Shown here piece after piece: positions 27,063 to 36,524 of a stretch of DNA of 64,000 nucleotides. The stretch comes from a virus: positions 8,813-72,812 of IMG/VR virus record IMGVR_UViG_3300045141_000181; one strand, 5' to 3'. The first letter of the stretch is position 1. The number at the start of each line of letters is the position of its first letter. A program made the translations under genes and the position numbers. The notes under the pieces are model-generated. The model did no database searches, was not told the DNA's origin, and was given only the letters and a program-made list of their open reading frames with translations.

Positions 27063-27478
27063 CGAAAGATCAGGAAGCAATACTTGCATTAACCGGACAA
27101 CTAGCCGCATCCCAGAAGCGCGAAGCTGGGTTGACTAAGGACGTAGCTGACTGGAAGCAGATGTATGAGGAACAGACGCAAGCCTACACCTACCTACGCG
27201 ACACGGCGGGCAAGCTACAGGCGGAAAAGGAAGCGTTGCGGATTGAACGCGACCAGATCCAGGGATATTTGACACTGGCTGACGAAGTGAAGGATATCCA
27301 GTGCAAAATGATCGGTAAATTGACGCAAGAAAACGACCGGTTGCGGGCTGCGTTGGTCCGCTCGCGTAAATGGGCTATGGTTGACGCGGATCGAATGACA
27401 GAAGAGGATATCGACCGATACAACGAAGATGCGGAGTTTATCAAGCAAGCGCTAGCCGGAACAACGGAGGTCAAATGA
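27059..27478 (+). CDS. Coiled-coil hypothetical protein
   Basis: ATGA-coupled; heptad pattern. Confidence 0.65.
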   Translation: MTKDQEAILALTGQLAASQKREAGLTKDVADWKQMYEEQTQAYTYLRDTAGKLQAEKEALRIERDQIQGYLTLADEVKDIQCKMIGKLTQENDRLRAALVRSRKWAMVDADRMTEEDIDRYNEDAEFIKQALAGTTEVK

Positions 27479-27702
27479 CACGAGACGAGAACTTTAGAAG
27501 AGTGCTCAGGGCGAGCAGATTAGCCAGCGAGGGTGTAACGATGGAATCACTTATCGAAGAAAACGACCGGCTGCGGTCTGCGTTGAAATTAATTCAGTTT
27601 ACGGCTGAGCCTCTAGATTCATTAGGCGCTGATTTGATCGCTCATACAGCCAAGCAAGCGCTCGCCGGGGAGAAGGTTCAGGAAGCAACGCCCACCGCAT
27701 AG
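27475..27702 (+). CDS. Hypothetical protein, partial paralogue of upstream gene
   Basis: Shares ENDRLRxAL and KQALAG motifs. Confidence 0.6.
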   Translation: MTRDENFRRVLRASRLASEGVTMESLIEENDRLRSALKLIQFTAEPLDSLGADLIAHTAKQALAGEKVQEATPTA

Positions 27703-30593
27703 CCGCGAATCTCTTCCTCGGCCAGCGCCTTTGGTTTTAATTGCTGTCTGAGTGCTGGCGAGTTCTCTCCAAGCAACGTCGCCCTATCGTCGGTGAAAAC
27801 ATGCAATGTCTGCGCCGCCCGCGAACCACCTACATACACAAGCGACTTGTCCATCAGTGAACGTATGCGCGAATCCCCGGTATCAAGATGCAACAGAACA
27901 TTCTCGGCGGTCGCATACTGCAAGCTGTAGCTCGTCATGGCATAGGAGTAGTCGACATGCGGCATGGCGCGCGCATCCCAGCGCACCTTGCGCCCATCCT
28001 CAAACTCCAAGACTCCTCGCCCTTTAGCATCTAGCGCCTTAATTGTGGTCATCGCGCGGTTGGGTATCCGTTCGTTCTTATTGAGTCGCCACGGTCGCGT
28101 AATCTGGACCCGCTCGCCCACTGCTAGTTTGCGGCGCTCCGCATTGTAGATCTCGACGCCATAAGCCAGCCTGGGGTTGTATGTCTTCTCGACGCCGTAG
28201 ACGTCGATCGTGACCAGATTCTTTGCCGTATCCGTGCGGACCACGGGCGTATAGTCGCCGCTCTTTACCCCCAGCATGGCCACGCCTTTCCCCCACCGGA
28301 TCACGTTACCCGCTTCGTACATCACGGCTAACTTGCGGTCTGCCTCGCGTACATCGCGCGTGCCGACAAGGATTGTGGCCTCGTACCGATCCGCTCCCAA
28401 CTTCTCGACCTTGCGCATCTCAACGCGCGCCGCGGCGTTCAACTCTGCGATCGATCGGTTATCCGGCGCAACCATGAGCGTGTCGTCATGGGCCGCATAC
28501 CACTGCGCCATTGCCTGAAACCGTTTCTTGCGGTCAGGCACTTGCCACACATGGGCCTGCTCATCCAGTTTCTTCAGCCCTTCTGTGATTCGGCCTTCCT
28601 TCCAGTCGTTCACCACTTCGAGCAAAGCCGGATTATTCCGCTGGCGTACGATCTTTTCCACCTGAAACATGGGCACCCCGGCCATCTTCATTTCTTCGAT
28701 GATTCGGCCCGCCTCTACAGATTGGTGTTGTCTCAGGTCGCCCGCCACTACATAGCGATCCTCGGGCCTAATGCTGCGCAGGAAAGTGTAGAACTGCCGT
28801 GTGCCGATCAATGAGCCCTCATCCAGGATGTAGAGGCGCTTATTCTCCGATGGATCAACCGACGCATGATTATGCGCCTGAATTGTCATGGGCTCGATTC
28901 CCAGTGTGCGCAAGTTCTCTGCTGCCTTGGATGCGCTGGCCATTCCGATGACCGTATAGCCCTGCTCTCTGGCTACCTCCGCAATCGGCTCCAAGGATGT
29001 GGTCTTGCCGGTGCCCGCCGCGCCGAATACCAGCATGCCTTGATGCGGAGAGGTTAAGACATTGAACCCTATGCGCATCTGGCCACCATTCGGAATGATG
29101 ACCTTGTCGCCCTTTTTGCGCTCCTGGTAGCGCTCCCTGAATTCATCGGCGGTCAGATCAGGCGCAATCGGGGTTACAGTTCCCTTTCCGGCCAGCATTA
29201 CCTCAATGCTCTGCCGCTCCATCTGCTGCATGGCTTTTGTCGTATAGCGCGCGCCAGGAGCGTTTTCCCGGTAATGCCCTACCCTAACGAACTCCTGCCG
29301 CCCCGCAAACGCTTCCTCAACGTCCTGGAGTCGCAAATGCCCCAATCCGGCTCTTAGGGCATCGCGCATTAGCTCGTAATGGTCATTTACCGCTTGGTGC
29401 TCGAAAAGCCGGTCGCGAGCGTGGTCTATCGAACGGTGCGCCCGTTTGCCCAGCTCGGCGGGGGAAAGTATGTGAACCTGACGCGCCTTCGATTCTGCCA
29501 CGATGCGCTCCGGATGCTGGCCGAACTCTTCCGCCTGCCGTCGGTGTTCGGCTTTTAACGCCCCCGGATCCCATTCCTGTTTTGGCTGGCGCAGCGCTTT
29601 GTTGATAATCTCGTCGGCGGCGGCACCGGTTACGCCGCGGCGCTCTTTCTCGGCTTCAATCTCATTCGTGCGGGCCGAGATGCTTTCCAGGTACTCATCC
29701 GAATAGCCCTTGATGCGTGTGCTGAAGTTTTTCCCGTGCTCCAGTTCGAATCCGCCCGCCCATGCTTGTCGAGCAAGTGACGCCTCGTATACGGCATTCA
29801 TGTAGCTTTGAATGGCGAAGATTTCCCACGTCAGGAGCGCCCTCACCTTCCCATCCGCGTCCGTCATGTTCATAATCACGCAATGTGTGTGTAATTGCGG
29901 ATCCGGCGCACGATTCTCAACGGGGCGAGATGTGTCATGTACGAACCTAGCAACCGCCCAATTGCCGGTAGTGTACGGCAACCGCGCCTTGCCCATTCGG
30001 GTTTGCGCGTAGAGTTCTCCAGCGTCGAGCATTTCCGTCACCGCGCGATTGTGCCAATCCACAATGCGCTTGTCCCCACCGACCAACGCGGACGCACTGT
30101 AGCTTTTGTGGGGCGAAACGACTACATCCCAGGATGCTACATGTAGAGACGGTGCCTTAGCTTCCTTCTCCGGCTTACCAGGCGGCACAACACGGAACTC
30201 GACGGGGTCCAATTCGAGCGGGTCGACTTCGTCCATGAATTCGCGCACGCCTTCCGGCAACTGCGCACGCTCGCCAAGTGCCCATAGATTCCTTACGTGT
30301 TCCTCCCACGCTACATGGTCAGTGAGCCATTTCGGTTCCCATAGTTTTGGATCGGGCGCCGGCAATCGGTGCTTGATTAATTGCTCCTCGGTATGGGGAT
30401 GTTTCCCGGCAGCCAGCAGATCATAGTGCGCCATGTCGATCGGCCCGACCAGTCCCCACTTTTCCGCAAGTTTGCCGTGCCAAGTTCCGGGAGCGTGCGC
30501 GCCTTCCGTGTAATAGTAGGCGTTCTGTTGTTCGCGCGGATAGTCTTTTGTGTGCGCTTCCCCGAGCGGCTTCGATACCTTGGCTACACCCAT
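27678..30593 (-). CDS. trwC: MOBF (TrwC/TraI-like) relaxase-helicase
   Basis: N-terminal YYY, DVVVSPHKS, HDTSR...DPQLHTH (HUH) motifs; helicase GAAGTGKTT, LDEGS, GDLRQHQSVEAG, YAMTSYSLQ, YVGGSRA. Confidence 0.95.
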   Translation of the reverse strand: MGVAKVSKPLGEAHTKDYPREQQNAYYYTEGAHAPGTWHGKLAEKWGLVGPIDMAHYDLLAAGKHPHTEEQLIKHRLPAPDPKLWEPKWLTDHVAWEEHVRNLWALGERAQLPEGVREFMDEVDPLELDPVEFRVVPPGKPEKEAKAPSLHVASWDVVVSPHKSYSASALVGGDKRIVDWHNRAVTEMLDAGELYAQTRMGKARLPYTTGNWAVARFVHDTSRPVENRAPDPQLHTHCVIMNMTDADGKVRALLTWEIFAIQSYMNAVYEASLARQAWAGGFELEHGKNFSTRIKGYSDEYLESISARTNEIEAEKERRGVTGAAADEIINKALRQPKQEWDPGALKAEHRRQAEEFGQHPERIVAESKARQVHILSPAELGKRAHRSIDHARDRLFEHQAVNDHYELMRDALRAGLGHLRLQDVEEAFAGRQEFVRVGHYRENAPGARYTTKAMQQMERQSIEVMLAGKGTVTPIAPDLTADEFRERYQERKKGDKVIIPNGGQMRIGFNVLTSPHQGMLVFGAAGTGKTTSLEPIAEVAREQGYTVIGMASASKAAENLRTLGIEPMTIQAHNHASVDPSENKRLYILDEGSLIGTRQFYTFLRSIRPEDRYVVAGDLRQHQSVEAGRIIEEMKMAGVPMFQVEKIVRQRNNPALLEVVNDWKEGRITEGLKKLDEQAHVWQVPDRKKRFQAMAQWYAAHDDTLMVAPDNRSIAELNAAARVEMRKVEKLGADRYEATILVGTRDVREADRKLAVMYEAGNVIRWGKGVAMLGVKSGDYTPVVRTDTAKNLVTIDVYGVEKTYNPRLAYGVEIYNAERRKLAVGERVQITRPWRLNKNERIPNRAMTTIKALDAKGRGVLEFEDGRKVRWDARAMPHVDYSYAMTSYSLQYATAENVLLHLDTGDSRIRSLMDKSLVYVGGSRAAQTLHVFTDDRATLLGENSPALRQQLKPKALAEEEIRGYAVGVAS

Positions 30594-30596
30594 CCC

Positions 30597-30983
30597 TTAT
30601 CCGTTCAGCCAGCGCATGAATTTACTCTTTTTGCTAGGCGCTTGCTTGACGGGTTTTGGCGTTCGTTTTACGGCGCGCTTTTTCCTGCGAAGTTCTTCGA
30701 TTTCCGCTAAAGCGCGTTGAAGTTCTCGCGTTTGAGCCATGTGCGCATCGGACAGCCCATCTAGCGACGCGTCTGCCTCTTCCCAGAGACATATGGCGCA
30801 TTTGTCCATTCCATCTACACCAACCCAGCACTGCAACGAATGTCCACATGGTCCGATCGCTTTTGCTTCAGCTAGTTCGCTACGCAGCAACGCGACCGTC
30901 TTATCGTAAAGCTCGATCTGGGCACGCTTTGTGGCAACTTCAAATTCTAATTCCGCGAGGGTTGGTTTCCCTGTATCGCTCAT
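30597..30983 (-). CDS. Coiled-coil/Cys hypothetical protein between T4CP and relaxase
   Basis: Start revised to MSDTGKP (GGAGG, ATGA overlap). Confidence 0.6.
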   Translation of the reverse strand: MSDTGKPTLAELEFEVATKRAQIELYDKTVALLRSELAEAKAIGPCGHSLQCWVGVDGMDKCAICLWEEADASLDGLSDAHMAQTRELQRALAEIEELRRKKRAVKRTPKPVKQAPSKKSKFMRWLNG

Positions 30984-32908
30984 ATCCCCTCCGTAAGCGG
31001 ATTCGGATTCGGCGCTTGCTTTGCGGTTTTCTTCGGCAACCGCAACGGTTCCGGCTCCTCGTCGCGCGTCGGGATAGTGATAGGCATTTTGCGCGGGATT
31101 GGCGCAGGCGTGACATCCTCCGCAGCGGGAGTTTGTTCCGGTTCCTCCAGACGAGGAATCAATCTTTCCATGCGGCAAGTTCTCGTCTTGCGCGGTAACG
31201 GTTGTATGTTGATCTTCACTGTTTTTCCTTGCTGCTTTAGCCAGCCCTCGAACAGCGGCACGCCTTGCACTTCGGACCCCATGACCGGGTCAATCGTTGG
31301 AGTCTGATTAGACCAAGAACGCGATCGGTTATGTTTCGCCATCATGTGAGCTGGTCGGCTTTCTGTCATGCGCTCGATTTCTTCTTTACCAATCAGTCCA
31401 GCCATTTCCGCTGCTGCCTTGTCGCTTTCGGTTTGCAGAATGATATTCGTTGCGGCCTGCGATGTGACAGTGACCGCGCCGTTGTCGCCGTAGCGATCCT
31501 TAAGTTGCGCCATGTCGTGAATTCCCAGGATCAGCACGTTACCAGACGCGCGTTGTTTCGTCATGCCGGATTGCAACTGCGGTAGCCGTTGCATACTGGC
31601 TAGTTCGTCCAGAACAAACCACACCTTGGGAAGCTTTACACCGGGAGCGGGCGGCGCTTGTGTACTGAGAATCAGCAGATCGATCACGGCAGATTGCAAA
31701 GGCAATAGCGCCTCTGCGGTGAGTGGATCGCTGGTCATAAAAATCCACCCTGTACGCTTCGCTGCAAATTCCCTGACAGAGAACTGCCTACGACCTTCCG
31801 GAGTTGCTGGCATCATGCGGAGCGCTTTGGATACTTCGCCAAGCGTGGCCCATATTCCGGCTCCCTGTTGCGGCGCTTTCGGATCTGTCGCAACCGCAAA
31901 TTCCGTACCCTTTAGCTTTGGTGCCACTTCTTTTTCTGGATGTGCCAGCCAATAACCAAGAGTGGACATCGGAGCGGGATAGCGAGACATCAGAAACGAA
32001 AAGATTCCTTTGGCGTAATTCCGAAAGAATGGCTGCGAACGCGGCAGTTCTGGCCAAAAGGCAGAACCCCAAGGCGTGGCCTGCGCTTCATCTTTTGCCT
32101 CTGACTCAAACGCATGATATACGCCTCTGGAATCCGTTGGATCATAGATCGAGTCCCCGCGCGACTCGTCGTAAAACTCATCCCTGAATTCGCCCTTTGG
32201 ATCGTAGATGACCGCCGTCTCGCCTCGGGCCTGCACTTGGTGCAAGATCTCCCTAATGAGCGTAGACTTGCCACGACCCGTCGCGCCGAATATTCCGAAG
32301 TGGTACGCAAGAAACTGCTCAGCGATGTGGATCTTTTGCCACGACCGTTTGCCAACTCGCAGTGTCAACCCGACCGGCTTAGGCGACTCCGAATTGAACC
32401 GGCTCCGGCTCACCATGCGCGTGCCGCGCACATGTACGCCCCACTGTCCCATGCGCTGGCGGCGACGGTCATACTCCACGCCCACCGCCACGCACAGAAC
32501 GAACCAACCGCAGAACAACAACCCGAACACTCGGAATGTGCTTAGGATGTCGCCCGCGTACACGTCCTTTTCGAGCCACGTGCGCAACTTGGACGGAACG
32601 GCTTGCACCATTTGCACGCGCTCCTCTGCAACCGGCTGCGTCACCAGGTGCGGCGCGTTTGCCGGACCCGTAACCACCATCGGGTACCACTTCCATCGCT
32701 CCGTCTTGTGCAATCCAGACAGCGCACTTTGCGCAACCGTGCGCACGTACGTTGACAAGTAGTATTGCTGCAAGATTGGTCGATAGTGTACGCCGACTTT
32801 CCACCAGACCGGTACCAACACTAGCGCAAGCAGAATGCCGCACAGTTTGCCGATCGGTGCGCGTATCGGGAACGGTCCCCAGCGGCCAGGCGTTGCGCGC
32901 TCAGACAT
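30980..32908 (-). CDS. trwB: Type IV coupling protein (TrwB/TraD-like)
   Basis: Two N-terminal TM helices, Walker A GATGRGKST, IYDPKGEF, Walker B VLDELASMQRLP, QLKDRYG. Confidence 0.92.
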   Translation of the reverse strand: MSERATPGRWGPFPIRAPIGKLCGILLALVLVPVWWKVGVHYRPILQQYYLSTYVRTVAQSALSGLHKTERWKWYPMVVTGPANAPHLVTQPVAEERVQMVQAVPSKLRTWLEKDVYAGDILSTFRVFGLLFCGWFVLCVAVGVEYDRRRQRMGQWGVHVRGTRMVSRSRFNSESPKPVGLTLRVGKRSWQKIHIAEQFLAYHFGIFGATGRGKSTLIREILHQVQARGETAVIYDPKGEFRDEFYDESRGDSIYDPTDSRGVYHAFESEAKDEAQATPWGSAFWPELPRSQPFFRNYAKGIFSFLMSRYPAPMSTLGYWLAHPEKEVAPKLKGTEFAVATDPKAPQQGAGIWATLGEVSKALRMMPATPEGRRQFSVREFAAKRTGWIFMTSDPLTAEALLPLQSAVIDLLILSTQAPPAPGVKLPKVWFVLDELASMQRLPQLQSGMTKQRASGNVLILGIHDMAQLKDRYGDNGAVTVTSQAATNIILQTESDKAAAEMAGLIGKEEIERMTESRPAHMMAKHNRSRSWSNQTPTIDPVMGSEVQGVPLFEGWLKQQGKTVKINIQPLPRKTRTCRMERLIPRLEEPEQTPAAEDVTPAPIPRKMPITIPTRDEEPEPLRLPKKTAKQAPNPNPLTEGI

Positions 32909-33203
32909 GCTTTTCCTTGTGCCACTCTTGTATGGAATCGGCATCGGCCAGTTCCTGCAACAAAGCACTAGCGCGATATCCAGCGGCACCAAGTAGCGTT
33001 GCTAATTCTTCTACATAGCTGAAGTATGTCTCCAATTCATCTGGATCAAGTGGAGGCTTTCCAGCAATCGCCCTTTGAATTACACTGTGAGCTTTCGCCA
33101 GCGCACAGCACGCCATGATTAACGCAGTGTCTAGCGTCTCCATGTCCAGCGGTTCTTCAGTCACGTTTGCACGCCTCCGTACAGATCTCCCGGTACTCTT
33201 CAT
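32901..33203 (-). CDS. Hypothetical protein
   Basis: Fills the gap between the RHH and T4CP genes; start uncertain. Confidence 0.45.
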   Translation of the reverse strand: MKSTGRSVRRRANVTEEPLDMETLDTALIMACCALAKAHSVIQRAIAGKPPLDPDELETYFSYVEELATLLGAAGYRASALLQELADADSIQEWHKEKHV

Positions 33204-33480
33204 GCGTCATTGGTACGTGTCCGTTATCAATTTCCCATTCCTTGATGAATCTCGTGACACGCAAAAGATCGCCCAACTTTTTACGGATGATGCGAATGCT
33301 TTCCGAATCTTCTGCGCTACCACTGCTTGCTTCACCGTTGCCGACAATCTCGCGCAATATCAGATGCCGAATATACGAACTTTCGTCCATGCCCCGACCG
33401 CTCGCCAAACCACGAAACAAAGCGGCCTGTTCCTCGCTCAGCTTCGTCCCAACCGACACCGTTTTTGATCCGTTTTTCAT
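33157..33480 (-). CDS. Ribbon-helix-helix relaxosome accessory protein (TrwA/NikA-like)
   Basis: TVSVGTKLSEEQAALFRGLASGRGMDESSYIRHLIL RHH pattern; first gene after the candidate oriT. Confidence 0.75.
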   Translation of the reverse strand: MKNGSKTVSVGTKLSEEQAALFRGLASGRGMDESSYIRHLILREIVGNGEASSGSAEDSESIRIIRKKLGDLLRVTRFIKEWEIDNGHVPMTHEEYREICTEACKRD

Positions 33481-33590
33481 GTGTATTCTACTTAACCCCA
33501 GTAACCCCAGTAACCGATCTGAATTCCAGAGACGTCATCTCAGGGGGGAGTAAACCCGTGTCGCCTTTTTGGTTTACCGTTGGCTCTATC
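33481..33590 (+). other. oriT: Candidate origin of transfer (oriT), putative nic between 33587 and 33588
   Basis: Direct repeats TAACCCCAG x2.5 (33493-33515), inverted repeat GTAAACC/GGTTTAC (33550-33577), then CGTTGGCTCT^AT, resembling the R388 nic GTATTGTCT^AT. Confidence 0.65.
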
Positions 33591-33840
33591 ACGTTATGGG
33601 TTGCTTGGCTAGTTCTTCTTGGCATTCACACCAATAGGCTGCAAGGCATACCGCCATTTCCACTTCAGACAGAAGTTCGCCACCATCCCTAGCCATCATC
33701 TGCGCAGCCATCCGTCTAGCAACACGCTCTTGCACTGGGTTGGTTAGGCTTAGCTCTCGCAACGCCCTTTCGCACCTAGCCTGTATGTTTGGGCGCATGG
33801 CAAGCCTTATTTTTGCCGCCATGCCAATGACCCACCTCAT
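33589..33840 (-). CDS. Hypothetical protein
   Basis: GGAGG RBS upstream. Confidence 0.55.
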   Translation of the reverse strand: MRWVIGMAAKIRLAMRPNIQARCERALRELSLTNPVQERVARRMAAQMMARDGGELLSEVEMAVCLAAYWCECQEELAKQPIT

Positions 33841-33883
33841 AGCCGATATCCCTCCGAAACCGCCATAACCTCGCGCCCAACAC

Positions 33884-34099
33884 TCATGGAACTATCTCTC
33901 CGTCTATCCAGTGACCCAGCCATTTGCCTAAGCTACCGTCAGGATTTTGTTCAAAGACAATGGGTGCCGACGGCAGCATTTCCGCCAAGTCGTACCACGC
34001 CAGAAGGCACTCAAGAAGCGATTGCCCGATATAACTTTCAGTATTCGATAACCCACAAACGAAGTACATCCACCGAAAGAGCATCTGGCGCAGATTCAT
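33884..34099 (-). CDS. Hypothetical protein
   Basis: ATGA-coupled. Confidence 0.5.
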   Translation of the reverse strand: MNLRQMLFRWMYFVCGLSNTESYIGQSLLECLLAWYDLAEMLPSAPIVFEQNPDGSLGKWLGHWIDGEIVP

Positions 34100-34323
34100 A
34101 TCCCATATCCCTCAGAAATCTCCTTCACTTCTCTCTGCGCTGCGACTTCTCTATCGATTGCTGCATTCCTAATCGGAGTAGCGCCAATGCGTAATTTATC
34201 CAGGAATGATAGGTAATCCTTGCGTCCGTATTCATCACCCATCCACGGCGGGCCGCCGTCATATTTGTCAAGATACGCCCTCCTGACAATCCGCACCTCG
34301 TCTTCAATCTGATCACTTTTCAT
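34096..34323 (-). CDS. Hypothetical protein
   Basis: ATGA-coupled. Confidence 0.55.
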   Translation of the reverse strand: MKSDQIEDEVRIVRRAYLDKYDGGPPWMGDEYGRKDYLSFLDKLRIGATPIRNAAIDREVAAQREVKEISEGYGI

Positions 34324-35312
34324 AGCCGATACCCTTCTGATTGAACAAACTTTTCTTCGTTTTTTATGCCCTCCTTTTTCATATGGGTAACGTATTTGTC
34401 AAGCATTTCTACGGCGGTAATGCCCGGCTGCTCGCGTCCCATTTCGTTCATTCGTCTACTTACCTCTTCCGGCGTATGCCGCTCTCTCATTAGCCAGTAC
34501 AGATTATCTTGTGCTGACTCTTCCAGAATTTGTTTTTCTACTTGCATATAGCCCCCACTTCCAGAAACCGCCATAACCTCGCGCTCTTGCTGCGCGTACA
34601 CATGCGCCTGCCCCGTGTTTACCGTGTAGCCCTTTTCGCGCGCTTCGACGATCATTTCGGCGAGCTTTCCGAGCGCTTTGTTGTGCGCTTCCTGCGCCTT
34701 CTCCGGGCTGTCCGTAATGTACGTTTGGCTGAGATCTATGGTCCGATTCCCAACTGACAATTGATTCGAGAAGTCGCGCGCCATGGCCGATACAGGTAGC
34801 TCGATGCGCATGTGCTCAACGTCAACGAGTTGGATCTTTCCGTTGACTTCTTTCTCCATCTTGCCGTCGGCATAATTGAGCAGAATCTCTGCCATCTTTA
34901 GGCGCGATTCATGCTCTGGCACCCAGTTCGAAATGGCTTGCTGCGCACCTTGGTGGTAGCGATATTCGACGAAGTTTATCGCACCCTTTTCTGTCGTATC
35001 GAACTGCAATGCAGCCGCTGTCGCGAATGGCATAATGCGGCGTTGGTGGTCATTCAATAGCTCGTCCAACTGCTGCATATTGCGCGGGAACGGTTCAGCC
35101 TGGAGGCGCTTCATTTCGGCCTCGTAGCCAAGCTTTTCCGGGTCAGCCTTAATCAACTGATGCTCTATTTCCTTGATTCGTCCGTACCCTTTGTCGAGAT
35201 TCAGCATGCGCTCGTTGGGTGCCAAATCGTTCACATGGCTGAGCTGATCGATGATTAAGGCCCGCTCAGCGGCGAGCCTTTCGCGAACGCTTTCCTGCGC
35301 CTGAGCTTCCAT
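34320..35312 (-). CDS. Hypothetical 330-aa helical protein in transfer region
   Basis: Long open frame with no recognised motif. Confidence 0.75.
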   Translation of the reverse strand: MEAQAQESVRERLAAERALIIDQLSHVNDLAPNERMLNLDKGYGRIKEIEHQLIKADPEKLGYEAEMKRLQAEPFPRNMQQLDELLNDHQRRIMPFATAAALQFDTTEKGAINFVEYRYHQGAQQAISNWVPEHESRLKMAEILLNYADGKMEKEVNGKIQLVDVEHMRIELPVSAMARDFSNQLSVGNRTIDLSQTYITDSPEKAQEAHNKALGKLAEMIVEAREKGYTVNTGQAHVYAQQEREVMAVSGSGGYMQVEKQILEESAQDNLYWLMRERHTPEEVSRRMNEMGREQPGITAVEMLDKYVTHMKKEGIKNEEKFVQSEGYRL

Positions 35313-35534
35313 CTACGCCACCTTTCGGATAGCTTCTTTAGCGGCCTTTGTGCGCCGCTGTTTGGCCGGTTTGTCGCTCGGCAGAACCTGATCAAGGATC
35401 TGGCCGACGACGTAGTCCACGCTGCTGTCGAGCGATTCGGCGTACCCGATTAGCCGAGTTATCAACTCCGGATGCACCTTAATCGTGAGCGCTTCCGGTA
35501 TTGCTTTGTCTTCTGGTTTAATGTCAATCTTCAT
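35313..35534 (-). CDS. Small RHH-like DNA-binding protein
   Basis: LTIKVHPELITRLIGYAESLDSSVDYVVGQIL; AAGGAGG RBS. Confidence 0.6.
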   Translation of the reverse strand: MKIDIKPEDKAIPEALTIKVHPELITRLIGYAESLDSSVDYVVGQILDQVLPSDKPAKQRRTKAAKEAIRKVA

Positions 35535-35981
35535 TACTTTTCTCCTCCTTAAATCGGTCACACTTCCCACATGGGCAGTTGCGGACATCATCTCCGTCAA
35601 TGCCTATGTAATGTCGGTCTCTTATGCACCCACAGGCGGCGCATTTGGTGTTTCTCTTCTCTTCCAGTAGGCGTTCGTATTCGCGATCGCATTCCCAAAA
35701 GCACGTTACCGGGCGCGGACAAGTCTCTCCGGTTTCTGGACAAATCCTCATTCCGCGCATGGTTCCACAATTGACTCTGTTTTGTACTTCCTCTTCATTG
35801 GGCCATCGCAACTATAAGCCCAAAAAACAACGGCAACACGCCAAACGTAATCACCCCGGACAGCAAGCAATAACGGAACTTTGCATGCCGCCGTAGCCAC
35901 CGAAATACCGTCACCAGAAACCACACCGTACCGGCAATACAGCACGCCGATTGAGCCACCCAAATCAAAGGCCAAATCATG

Positions 35982-36524
35982 TTATCTCCAGTTCGCCGTA
36001 AATACCGGCTTCGCATAAAACGCAATCTGTTGCGGTGCAACGACTCCAAAATAACGAGAGTCGAAACTGTCAGGACTGAAGTCGCTAATGGCCCAATAGC
36101 CGTAGTGATATCTTCCAAAGTCGTAGTGTGTGAGGGGCTTTCCGGCCAACGATACTTTCTTGGGTGCGGTGTTCGGCAGCAGCTTTCCGTCTACATAAAA
36201 GCCTTCTGCGGCCAACTTGATCGGATTGTCCATAGTGGCCTCGTATACCGGCTTAAGAATCGGCTGCAGGCCAGTGTTGGGGCACTCCCCAGGGCGCAGG
36301 TCGATGCCAGCTGCAACTGCCGGTGCGAGTTGTTCCATAGACAGGCAGATCGCGGCATATCGCGCTGTGCTGGTGGTCCGGTAATACATGCCTACAGGGA
36401 CAGATTTGGAGAGATTCAGCCGCAGATTTGAAGCGCGCAGGGTGTCGCCAATCACGAAGTATGCCGGGAATCCTACAGCCACAACCAGAGCGGCAATTGT
36501 TACGGTCTTGATGTTAATTTTCAT
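35982..36524 (-). CDS. traF: Pilin-maturation S26 peptidase TraF
   Basis: NLSKSVPVGMY (catalytic Ser), LKPV (catalytic Lys), SFDSRYFG. Confidence 0.92.
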   Translation of the reverse strand: MKINIKTVTIAALVVAVGFPAYFVIGDTLRASNLRLNLSKSVPVGMYYRTTSTARYAAICLSMEQLAPAVAAGIDLRPGECPNTGLQPILKPVYEATMDNPIKLAAEGFYVDGKLLPNTAPKKVSLAGKPLTHYDFGRYHYGYWAISDFSPDSFDSRYFGVVAPQQIAFYAKPVFTANWR

